DNA from: Candidatus Limnocylindrus sp.
GTDB lineage: Bacteria; Chloroflexota; Limnocylindria; Limnocylindrales; Limnocylindraceae
Direction: 5' to 3'
DNA length: 33,391 bases
Assembly (NCBI GenBank): GCA_044341795.1
Contig: JBIIRA010000002.1
Location: 1 to 33,391 of the forward strand
The stretch's first letter is position 1. Every line of letters begins with the position of its first letter. Below are positions 8,501 through 16,219 of this stretch, piece by piece. The notes below the pieces were generated by a model. It did not search any database. It saw nothing but the letters and a program-made list of their open reading frames with translations, and was not told the origin of the DNA. Position numbers and translations under genes: made by a program.

Positions 8501-10144
8501 TTACATTTCGGCTGGTGCACCCTTTGTTCCGCCACGGAGCGGGATCTCCTCGATCAGCGTTGCGGCGACGAACGCCACAAGGCTGGCTACCACGGAGAGC
8601 CAGAAGATCGAGCCGATCGCATCGGCAATACCCGCCTTGATCGCGTTGAAGAAGGCGTCTAGGTACTGCACAGGGATCAGCCCGATGAGGGCCTGGTCAA
8701 ACTGCCCACCGACATTGGTGAGCTGCGCCAGATCCCCGCCGATCGCGGTAAAGAACGGGGTGAAGGTTCCCGCTGGTGCCGCTGTTGCCAACTCTGCCGG
8801 AATGTTGGTCGCGAGCTGCCCACCGAAGTAGGAGCCAACGATTGCCAATCCGACCGACCCGCCAACCTGGCGGAAGAAGGTGAGATTCGACGTTGCTGCG
8901 CCAAGGAACTTGAATGGCACGGCGTTCTGTACCACGATCGTGAAGACCGACAGGGTTGGCCCAATGCCGAGACCGGCGAGGAACATCCAGAGGCGCAGGA
9001 GCCATGGATCGGTATCCGCCTTGATGTTCGTCAGCAGCAGTGAGGCTGCGGCAATGAGCAATATGGCTCCAAGGATAAGCGACTTATAGCGACCGCGTCG
9101 TGCCACCAACAGTCCGGCAACAACCGAGCTGATGATGACCCCCAGCAGAAGCGGGAGTGTGGCGTAGCCAGAGTTTGTCGCCGTCTCGCCGAGCACCGTC
9201 TGGAAGTAGCGTGGCAAGAAGATGATCGCGGCAAAGAATCCGACCGAGGCAAAGAACGAAGCTGCAGCGGCGGCTGCAAAGGTTCGATTGCGGAAGAGCT
9301 CGAGCGGAATGATCGGCTCTTCGACCTTTGCCTCAATAAAGAGGAAGAGGCCAAGGAGGACGAGTCCGAGCGAGATGAGCCCCGCAACCTCTGGGGTTGC
9401 GAATGCGTTGGTCTGTACGTTGGTGAGGCCGATCAGTACCGGGATGATTCCGGCGGCAAAGACGAGAGCGCCCAAGAAGTCGATCTTCTGGTTTGCTCGC
9501 CCCTTGATCGTTGGCAGCTCAATCAAGATGATCGCAATGCTGATCAGGCCGATTGGCAGGTTGACGTAGAAGATCAGGTGCCAGCTGAAGGTGTCGGTGA
9601 GCCAGCCGCCGAGCGCTGGGCCAATGAGGCTCGCAAGCCCGAAGACCGCGCCGAAGAGCCCCTGGTAGCGACCGCGCTCTTTCGGCGAGTAGAGGTCACC
9701 AATGGTTGCCAGGGCAATCGGGAAGAGCGCACCGGCGCCGAGCCCTTGGATGCCGCGGAAGATGATCAGCTGCTCAATGTTCTGCGAGAGGCCAGCGAGC
9801 ACCGAGCCGATGAGGAAGAGGCTCACGCCGGTAAGGAGGAGCGGCTTACGGCCGTACATGTCGGAGAGCTTTCCGTAAATCGGCACCGTGACGGTGCTGG
9901 CAAGCAGGTAGATCGTGACTACCCAGGTGTAGAGGTTTGCACCACTCAGATCAGTGATGATCTGCGGAAGGGCGGTGCCAACGATCGTCTGGTCGAGGGC
10001 GCCCAAGAAGAGGGCCATCATGATCGCGAGGATGATCCCTTGCTTGGCGCGCTTTGAAAGGTCGGCTCCTGCAGGGGCAGGGGCCGCCTTCACGACGGGG
10101 CGCTTCTTGGCCGCAGCAGGGCGGCGAGTCTTAGCGGTGGGCAT
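8501..10144 (-). CDS. MFS transporter, DHA2 (EmrB/QacA-like, 14-TMS) family
   Basis: LDQTIVGTALPQI motif and about 14 hydrophobic segments. I prefer ATG 10144 (MPTAKT) because of the GGAGG SD 8 nt upstream; the track start at 10159 is a TTG. Confidence 0.85.
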   Translation of the reverse strand: MPTAKTRRPAAAKKRPVVKAAPAPAGADLSKRAKQGIILAIMMALFLGALDQTIVGTALPQIITDLSGANLYTWVVTIYLLASTVTVPIYGKLSDMYGRKPLLLTGVSLFLIGSVLAGLSQNIEQLIIFRGIQGLGAGALFPIALATIGDLYSPKERGRYQGLFGAVFGLASLIGPALGGWLTDTFSWHLIFYVNLPIGLISIAIILIELPTIKGRANQKIDFLGALVFAAGIIPVLIGLTNVQTNAFATPEVAGLISLGLVLLGLFLFIEAKVEEPIIPLELFRNRTFAAAAAASFFASVGFFAAIIFLPRYFQTVLGETATNSGYATLPLLLGVIISSVVAGLLVARRGRYKSLILGAILLIAAASLLLTNIKADTDPWLLRLWMFLAGLGIGPTLSVFTIVVQNAVPFKFLGAATSNLTFFRQVGGSVGLAIVGSYFGGQLATNIPAELATAAPAGTFTPFFTAIGGDLAQLTNVGGQFDQALIGLIPVQYLDAFFNAIKAGIADAIGSIFWLSVVASLVAFVAATLIEEIPLRGGTKGAPAEM

Positions 10145-10234
10145 TGCGTGAACCTCCAAATCGCGCCGTCAGATTTCTGGCGGTATTTCGCGTTGCAACT
10201 ATCCTACTCCTCGCCGCAGATGCCTGCTGAACGC

Positions 10235-10240
10235 TAGGGT
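10235..10240 (+). promoter_or_regulatory. -10-like hexamer TAGGGT, 6 nt upstream of ATG 10247 (leaderless candidate)
   Basis: TAGGGT-tcaccc-ATG. No SD is present. Confidence 0.45.
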
Positions 10241-10246
10241 TCACCC

Positions 10247-11188
10247 ATGCAGATTGCCGTGGTCATTGAGGGGCAGATGAACCTGTCGTACGAGCAGCAG
10301 CTCGCCGCCGCTCGCCGGGCCGAGGCGGTTGGCATCAGTGGCTTCTTCCGCACTGACCACTACGAATCTTTCCCGGGCTCAGCCGATCAGGCGACCACCG
10401 ACGCGTGGAGTGTCCTCGCAGGCATCGCACGCGAAACGAAGTCAATCACCCTCGGCACGCTGGTCAGCCCTGTCACCTTCCGCGCGCCAGGCGAGTTCGC
10501 CAAGGTGGTTGCCACCGTGCAAGAGATGGCGGGACGGCGGTTACATGCTGGCCTCGGCACCGGTTGGCACGAGTCTGAGCATCGCCGCTATGGCTTCCCG
10601 TTTCCTGAGATGGCCACCCGCGCTGAGATGCTCGAAGAGCAGCTCGAGCTCGTGCGCGGTCTCTGGGCTGGGCCCGACGGCTGGTCATTCAGCGGCAAGC
10701 ACTACAGCGTGAGTGACACCCTCTTCCGCCCGAAGCCAACGCCAGTGCCATGGATCATCACGGGCGGCGAAGGATCACCTCGTGGCATGCGCATCGCTGC
10801 GAAGTTCTCTGACGAGTTCAATCTCACCTCATCGACCCCGGCGACCGCGCGTGAGAAGTTTGCACAGCTTGACGCAACATGTGCCGCGGCAGGGCGGGCA
10901 CCAGAGAGCCTTGCGCGATCTGCAATGACGGGCGCGATGATTGGCCGTACGGAGGCGGAGTATCTAGAGAAGATTCGCGGCTTCATGTCGCGCATTGGCG
11001 CCGCTGGTGACCCTGAGGAGTACCTCGCACCGCGCCGAGCGCGATGGCTGGTTGGGACTCCCGATCAGGCGCTTACTCAGATGCGTGCCTTCCGCGATAC
11101 GGGGGCGAGCCGACTCATGGTGCAGCACATGGACCCTACTGAGACAACCTCGATCGATCTGCTCGCAGAGTTACACGCGCAGCTCTAG
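10247..11188 (+). CDS. Luciferase-like monooxygenase (LLM) family oxidoreductase, probably F420-dependent
   Basis: N-terminus MQIAVVIEG...AEAVGISGFFRTDHY and overall TIM-barrel LLM pattern (Rv1855c-like group). Confidence 0.8.
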   Translation: MQIAVVIEGQMNLSYEQQLAAARRAEAVGISGFFRTDHYESFPGSADQATTDAWSVLAGIARETKSITLGTLVSPVTFRAPGEFAKVVATVQEMAGRRLHAGLGTGWHESEHRRYGFPFPEMATRAEMLEEQLELVRGLWAGPDGWSFSGKHYSVSDTLFRPKPTPVPWIITGGEGSPRGMRIAAKFSDEFNLTSSTPATAREKFAQLDATCAAAGRAPESLARSAMTGAMIGRTEAEYLEKIRGFMSRIGAAGDPEEYLAPRRARWLVGTPDQALTQMRAFRDTGASRLMVQHMDPTETTSIDLLAELHAQL

Positions 11189-11191
11189 CTC

Positions 11192-11551
11192 CTAGCGCGC
11201 AGCGGGCACTCTCCCTCTGCGACCGCTCGGCCCAATGCGGTAGATCACCCGACCTCGAAGTGTGCTGAGCGGCAGGGCGCCGTCATGCCGCGAGTCGCGT
11301 GAAAGCTCCGTATTGTCGCCAAGAAGCCAGAGCCCTGAGACGCCCGGCGGCGGCGGAGCGACGCGCTTGACGTCGAGGCGCCCATCGCGCGCAACGATGA
11401 CCACGCTGCCAATCGGCGGCGCGCCCCTGAGGCCAGGGAGGCCACCTGGACCCGCCGGAAGCACAAGGAGCCGGTCCCCCGGAAGGAGGGCCGGCTCCAT
11501 TGAGCGTTCAGCAACATCGGCGACCCAGATCCGTCCGGGTCGTGTGGCCAC
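11192..11551 (-). CDS. sodX: Nickel-SOD maturation protease (S26 signal-peptidase family)
   Basis: SMEPALLPGD (Ser nucleophile), VKRVA (Lys) and GDNTELSRDSR boxes. Lies 9 nt downstream of sodN. Confidence 0.9.
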   Translation of the reverse strand: MATRPGRIWVADVAERSMEPALLPGDRLLVLPAGPGGLPGLRGAPPIGSVVIVARDGRLDVKRVAPPPPGVSGLWLLGDNTELSRDSRHDGALPLSTLRGRVIYRIGPSGRRGRVPAAR

Positions 11552-11560
11552 AGCGGTGCG

Positions 11561-11980
11561 TTATGCCTTTGACGCGGTGAATGTGGCAGCAAACGCCTCG
11601 GTTGCTGCGACCAGCTCCGCCGCCGCCGCCGCATCCACGTTCTGCTTGTTCTTGGAGGCGAGCTTGAGGAGCTTCCAGACTTGGTCGTGCAGGTCGGGGA
11701 ACTTCGCCAAGTGCTCAGGCTTGAAGTAGTCGGACCAGATGATCTGGACCTCGTGCTTCACCTTCTCGGCGTGCTCTTCCTTGACGGCAACGCAGCGCAC
11801 CAGCTTGTTGCGGGCAGCGTGGTCGGCAGGACCGCCGATTTCGGCCTGCGTGATCAGTTCGACCATACGGGCGACCGTCTTGGCGGCAACGACTGCCCCC
11901 GATGGGTCGTAGATGCCACACGGCACGTCGCAGTGCGCGTGGACGGTGACTGGTGTGAACTCGGCGAATAGGTTACGCAT
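11561..11980 (-). CDS. sodN: Nickel-containing superoxide dismutase precursor
   Basis: 15-aa propeptide MRNLFAEFTPVTVHA followed by the Ni-hook HCDVPCGIYDP. Strong SD GAGGAGAGGA. Confidence 0.95.
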   Translation of the reverse strand: MRNLFAEFTPVTVHAHCDVPCGIYDPSGAVVAAKTVARMVELITQAEIGGPADHAARNKLVRCVAVKEEHAEKVKHEVQIIWSDYFKPEHLAKFPDLHDQVWKLLKLASKNKQNVDAAAAAELVAATEAFAATFTASKA

Positions 11981-11993
11981 GTTCCTCTCCTCT

Positions 11994-12338
11994 CTACTTT
12001 ACAAAAACTGCGACGGCCACATTGAGTAGCGCGAGCACGCCGATCGCGTGATAGGTGTTCGCTGCAATGGAGACGTCCTTACGACGCGGCCATGCGAGCA
12101 GCAGGATCACGGCAGTGACCGCAATCTTGATGCCGAACTTCGTGTGGTTCACCGGGTCGGTGCCCATTTCGGCGAGTCCAATGAGCAGTACGCCCGTCAG
12201 GAACTGGAGCAGGGTGCCGTGGGTGATCCCCGCCGTGAGGCGCTTCGGGGAGTTCGTTAGGCCGGCGAAGTAGCCGCCCACGACTGCGGCCATCCCGAGT
12301 AGATGGATAAAGACGAGAACAAGCTGGGCGGTCTCCAT
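11994..12338 (-). CDS. Small 4-TM membrane protein of unknown function, first gene of the sodN-sodX operon
   Basis: 114 aa (METAQLVLVFIHLLG...) with four hydrophobic helices. SD AAAGGGGA lies upstream. An alternative start is at 12365. The rest of the 303-aa track ORF is an artefact that overlaps the opposite-strand acyltransferase gene. Confidence 0.7.
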   Translation of the reverse strand: METAQLVLVFIHLLGMAAVVGGYFAGLTNSPKRLTAGITHGTLLQFLTGVLLIGLAEMGTDPVNHTKFGIKIAVTAVILLLAWPRRKDVSIAANTYHAIGVLALLNVAVAVFVK

Positions 12339-12438
12339 GGGCTCCCCTTTCTGCTGCGCGGCCATGGTGGCCGCCTCTCTGTACGGTAGCGGACTGTGCG
12401 GCGTGCGGCAGCCCTGCGTGGCGGGGGGTACGAGCGTG

Positions 12439-12444
12439 TAGGGT
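12439..12444 (+). promoter_or_regulatory. -10-like hexamer TAGGGT, 8 nt upstream of ATG 12453
   Basis: TAGGGT-ttcagcat-ATG. The spacing is slightly long for a strictly leaderless start. Confidence 0.3.
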
Positions 12445-12452
12445 TTCAGCAT

Positions 12453-13214
12453 ATGAGCGAACGAAAGGTACGGGCGTACAGCTCGTACAGCCGAGATGCC
12501 TTGATCCCGCCTGCAGCGGGCGAGGGGGTCGCATGGCTTGGGCGTCAGCCCTGGGCAGAGGCGAGGCTCTCCTACCGAGCCCTGCGCTTCACCCTGCGCG
12601 TAGTGCTCGGTGCGTTCGGGATGCGCGTGCGCGCGGTGGGGCTTGAGCGCATTGCGACGTCGGGGCCACGCATCCTCGTTGGTGCACCACACCGTCGCTA
12701 CTACGAAGCGTTTGCGCTCGGAATCGCCGCCCCCGCAGCGCCGCGGATCTGGTGGCTCGGCCTCGGCCCATTCATCGTTGGGCGCGGGCGCGTTCGCTCG
12801 GCACTCCTGCGGCGGCTCGGCGGTCTCTTGCCGGTGTGGCGCGGCACAAGCGGGATCGAAACGCACCTGAATGCGGCGAGCGCCGTCTTCGCTGCTGGTG
12901 CGCATTACGGCGTGATGCCCGAGGGCGGAACGGGCGGCCCCCCTGATCGCTTTGCGGAGTTCCGCCCTGGCGCCGCACTTATTGCCATGCGCACGGGAGT
13001 GCCGATCGTTCCCGTCATCTTCCGATTCCGTAATCGTAGGTTTGGCCTGCCGAGCGTTGAGGTGATCGCTCTTGAGGACACCTCGCCGTGCGCCGATCGT
13101 CCAGCCCCAGAGGCCGGGAGCCGAGAGGAGCTGACCTTTGCTGCAGCATGGAGCGAAGCCCTTGCCGATCGTATGGAGTCGATTTGGCGCAAGGGGGTAG
13201 GATCGGCGTCATGA
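12453..13214 (+). CDS. Lysophospholipid (PlsC-family) acyltransferase with variant motif I
   Basis: APHRRYYE (H-x4-E in place of H-x4-D), MPEGGT (motif III) and GVPIVPV (motif IV). I chose the start at ATG 12453 (MSERKV). Confidence 0.7.
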   Translation: MSERKVRAYSSYSRDALIPPAAGEGVAWLGRQPWAEARLSYRALRFTLRVVLGAFGMRVRAVGLERIATSGPRILVGAPHRRYYEAFALGIAAPAAPRIWWLGLGPFIVGRGRVRSALLRRLGGLLPVWRGTSGIETHLNAASAVFAAGAHYGVMPEGGTGGPPDRFAEFRPGAALIAMRTGVPIVPVIFRFRNRRFGLPSVEVIALEDTSPCADRPAPEAGSREELTFAAAWSEALADRMESIWRKGVGSAS

Positions 13215-14053
13215 GCGCCAACGTTTGCCCGTTTATCGCCACGGGCACAGACTCTTTGAAGCGATCATCGGAAGCGAACGCAGCGCACTCCTGTTTTGCA
13301 AAGCGCCCTGCAGAGCCCATTGATCTGCAGCGGCAGAGCGAGATTTGTCTCACTCCAACCTTTACCGCCTGCCCAATCTTTCTTGCATGGGCCGCGCGCG
13401 AAGCGGCGCAAACAATTGATGCTCCCGCTCCACAGCCACTCCCGTACGGCACCCCTGCCGCAAGCGCCCCGGTTGACCTTGCCGCTGCAACGCTCGGGGT
13501 TGATGAGGTAGACGGCGCGTATGGCGAACTTCCTGAGGGGAGTATCTGGTCAGCGGCTCCAGTGCCGGGCGAGCCCAACTACGCGCTCAGCCCATCCGAA
13601 GAGGAGCGCGCCCGACTCGTGCCACTCCATAAACGCCGATCCATGGATGACGAGGCACCTCGCGCCGCGCTGCGACTTCCCAAGATTCCGGGAGGGACTC
13701 GAGGTGCTGCTGCGTTGCTGCTGCTCGCCGCGGTGGTGGTCTTCTCGCTCCCGACCATTTTGAAGGGGGTTAATGGATTCATCGCTGGCGTGACGGCAAC
13801 CCCAACACCGAGCGCCTCACCGACGAGTGACGTCAGCCCATCACCAACACCAACGCCGACACCAGAGGCGAGGCTCCATCTCGTGAAATCAGGCGATAAC
13901 CTGGATAAGATTTCTGGGTTGTATCAGGTCAGCATCGATGTAATCCTGAGTGCAAATCCCGCGATCGATCGGAAGTCGCTGACGATCTATGTAGGTCAGG
14001 AGCTGATCATTCCGCAGGTGATTCCCGACGTGGTGAACTCACCAAGCCCGTAA
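13211..14053 (+). CDS. Membrane protein with N-terminal Cys/His-rich cytoplasmic module, one TM helix, a Pro/Thr/Ser linker and a C-terminal LysM domain
   Basis: ATGA overlap with the acyltransferase stop. LysM domain HLVKSGDNLDKISGLYQVSIDVILSANPAI...GQELIIP (13877-14014). TM helix AAALLLLAAVVVFSL. Confidence 0.8.
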   Translation: MSANVCPFIATGTDSLKRSSEANAAHSCFAKRPAEPIDLQRQSEICLTPTFTACPIFLAWAAREAAQTIDAPAPQPLPYGTPAASAPVDLAAATLGVDEVDGAYGELPEGSIWSAAPVPGEPNYALSPSEEERARLVPLHKRRSMDDEAPRAALRLPKIPGGTRGAAALLLLAAVVVFSLPTILKGVNGFIAGVTATPTPSASPTSDVSPSPTPTPTPEARLHLVKSGDNLDKISGLYQVSIDVILSANPAIDRKSLTIYVGQELIIPQVIPDVVNSPSP

Positions 14054-14065
14054 CGGGCGGATGGG

Positions 14066-14401
14066 CTAGCGGTCGCGCGGCGAGAAGTTGATCGCGGTGA
14101 TCTTGCCAGCTTCCACCTTGATCGTTGCGTCAATCTTGCTGCTCTTGGATCCAGGTCGCACAACCAAGATGTCGCACTCCACCTGATGGCCGGTGTCCTT
14201 CACTTCGCCTGGAATCATGCGCAGCCCCTTGTCGGCGCGCAGGAACCAGCCACCAACGCGTTCGTGCCCCTTCAGCAGCTGGACGCTCTCGGCGACGTGT
14301 ACGCGCATCTCGACACGTTCATCCATCAGCTTGAGAGCGCCCGCACGGTCGTCCGCGTTCAGCAGCTCGAAGAAGGCGTCGGTTGTGTCTTGTGCACCCA
14401 T
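14066..14401 (-). CDS. NTF2-like (SnoaL/DUF4440-type) small protein
   Basis: 111 aa from MGAQDTTDAFFELLNADD..., with a cone-like alpha+beta pattern. I chose the start at ATG 14401. The upstream Arg-rich part of the track ORF is unlikely to be coding. Confidence 0.6.
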   Translation of the reverse strand: MGAQDTTDAFFELLNADDRAGALKLMDERVEMRVHVAESVQLLKGHERVGGWFLRADKGLRMIPGEVKDTGHQVECDILVVRPGSKSSKIDATIKVEAGKITAINFSPRDR

Positions 14402-14407
14402 GTGCTG

Positions 14408-14413
14408 ATGGTA
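14408..14413 (-). promoter_or_regulatory. -10-like hexamer TACCAT, 6 nt upstream of ATG 14401 (leaderless candidate)
   Basis: The minus strand reads TACCAT-cagcac-ATG. Confidence 0.4.
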
Positions 14414-14417
14414 CCCT
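14412..14417 (+). promoter_or_regulatory. -10-like hexamer TACCCT, 7 nt upstream of ATG 14425 (leaderless candidate)
   Basis: TACCCT-gccgacg-ATG. It overlaps the opposite-strand hexamer by 2 bp around the GGTACC palindrome. Confidence 0.35.
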
Positions 14418-14424
14418 GCCGACG

Positions 14425-16215
14425 ATGATTGATGCCCTTGACGCCGCCGGCCTCCTCGCGCGCTTCGCCGCGCTACACCCCGTAGCCGCAACAGGGATGG
14501 GGATTCACGATCACGATGGATCGTGGGGCGAGCACGGGCCGGCAGGTCGCACGGCGCGGTTGGGCTGGTGTGACCACGAAGAGGGGCGACTACTTGCCAT
14601 CCCAGTGGCGAGCCTCAGCCCCGACGATCTCTGCGATCGTGACCTGGCCCTCGGCACGATTCGCGCGATCCGCTTCGAACTGCAGGAGGTGCAGCCTGAG
14701 GCGTGGGACGCCCTCCATACCGTCTCCGTCATTGGTGGCGGGCTCTTCCCGCTGATCGCACGCGGTTTCGGCACGGCTGAGCGTCGTGCCAGTGACCTTG
14801 CCGCGCGGCTCTCGCAGGTCCCCGACCTACTCGATGTCGCCATCACCGATCTCACTGGCCTCCCTGAACTGCAGGTGCTCGCCGACGATGGGGCACCGCG
14901 ACGTCGGGGGGAGCAGGCGCCAGCAGGCACGGTCGTATTGCCTGCGCGGCCAGTCAGTCGCCTTCATACCGAAACGGCGATCGCGCAGGCGCCCGGCATT
15001 GCCGAACTCGCCGAGCTGGCAGTTGCAACCTACGGCGAACAACTGCGCGGACCGGCTGATGCGGCCATCGCCGCCACAACTCGATTTATTGAGCGGCTGC
15101 AGCGCGAGGTGCTTCCGAAGAGTTCCGGCGAGGGACGCTACGGCGCAGCGCTCTACGACCGCGCGCTCCGCCACACCCTCTTCGGATCACACGACCGTGC
15201 TGCGATTGCCGCCAAGGGCGAGCAGGAGTTTGCCGCAGTGCGCGCGCGCATGATCTCAATTGCCCAACGCATTGCGCCCGAGTGGCTCGGAGAGCGGGCG
15301 ACGGCCGCGATCAGCGGCGATCGATCAACTCTTGTTGCCGAGGTGCTGCATGCCATCGGTGGCGACCATTGCGCGCCCGAGGAGATGCTGGATCGATCGC
15401 GTGCGGAGACGGCGCGGTGCGAAGCGTTCATCCGGAAGACGGGGCTGGTCGATCTGCCAAAAGAGCCACTCGAGATCATGTGGACGCCACTCTTCTTGCG
15501 TGCCTACGGTGGTGCATTCCTTGATGCGCCAGGCCCCCTCGATCGTGGCGAGAAGAGTTTCTTCTACGTAACCCCTGCTCCAGAAGATGCGACCCCAGAG
15601 CAGATTGAGTCGAAAATGCGCGAAGACAACAACCGCATGTTGGCGCTCCTCGCGATTCATGAGGCGATTCCCGGTCACTACTTGCAACTCGCCGCCGCGA
15701 ATCAAACGCCACGCCCACTCCGTGCCGCCTTCGGCTCTGGTGTGTTTGCTGAAGGGTGGGCGGTTTATGTCACCCAAGTGATGCTCGACGAAGGGTTCGG
15801 CGATGGCGACCTCGCGCTGGAACTGGTGCACTGGAAGTTCTACCTTCGCTGCATAGCCAATGCACTTCTTGATGCTGGCATCCACGCGGATGGCCGAGAT
15901 GAGGCGTGGGCACTCGACCTGATGGTTGGCCAAAGCTGGCAAGAGGAGGCGGAGGCAAAGGCAAAGTATCTGCGCGCTCGACTCACCTCGACGCAGTTGC
16001 CGACCTACTTCGTTGGTTCTATGGGGTGCTGGGAGATTGAGGACCGTGCGCGGCGCGCAGCTGGTGGGCCAGTGGCGCATGTTGACGGCGCAGATCTTCC
16101 GGGCAATCGAGTGGAGACGCCAGGCTTCTCGCGACCGAAGCACCTGCGCGCGGTGCTCTCACATGGCACTCCACCGATCCCACTCCTTGAGCGGCTCCTC
16201 GGCTTAGCCGAGTAG
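14425..16215 (+). CDS. DUF885-family protein (putative metallopeptidase-like)
   Basis: LLAIHEAIPGHYLQ signature and a size typical of DUF885. Starting at ATG 14425 avoids overlap with the divergent gene. Confidence 0.8.
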   Translation: MIDALDAAGLLARFAALHPVAATGMGIHDHDGSWGEHGPAGRTARLGWCDHEEGRLLAIPVASLSPDDLCDRDLALGTIRAIRFELQEVQPEAWDALHTVSVIGGGLFPLIARGFGTAERRASDLAARLSQVPDLLDVAITDLTGLPELQVLADDGAPRRRGEQAPAGTVVLPARPVSRLHTETAIAQAPGIAELAELAVATYGEQLRGPADAAIAATTRFIERLQREVLPKSSGEGRYGAALYDRALRHTLFGSHDRAAIAAKGEQEFAAVRARMISIAQRIAPEWLGERATAAISGDRSTLVAEVLHAIGGDHCAPEEMLDRSRAETARCEAFIRKTGLVDLPKEPLEIMWTPLFLRAYGGAFLDAPGPLDRGEKSFFYVTPAPEDATPEQIESKMREDNNRMLALLAIHEAIPGHYLQLAAANQTPRPLRAAFGSGVFAEGWAVYVTQVMLDEGFGDGDLALELVHWKFYLRCIANALLDAGIHADGRDEAWALDLMVGQSWQEEAEAKAKYLRARLTSTQLPTYFVGSMGCWEIEDRARRAAGGPVAHVDGADLPGNRVETPGFSRPKHLRAVLSHGTPPIPLLERLLGLAE

Positions 16216-16219
16216 GGGA

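Noticed and set aside
12339-12452. Second copy of the nik/fur palindrome (Nur-box-like) upstream of the sodN operon
   Set aside because: No TTGCAA-type inverted repeat is present in this 114-bp region, only a GCGGCCA-cca-TGGCCGC hairpin. A regulatory link between the importer regulator and sodN is therefore unsupported within this window.
12339-12905. N-terminal 189 aa of the 303-aa ORF 11994..12905
   Set aside because: No protein-like pattern, and it overlaps the opposite-strand acyltransferase gene. A good SD and the hydrophobic protein begin only at ATG 12338 (alternative start 12365).
15325-16143. 272-aa minus-strand ORF inside the DUF885 gene
   Set aside because: Antisense to a gene with a clear family signature, with no motifs of its own. 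High-GC artefact.
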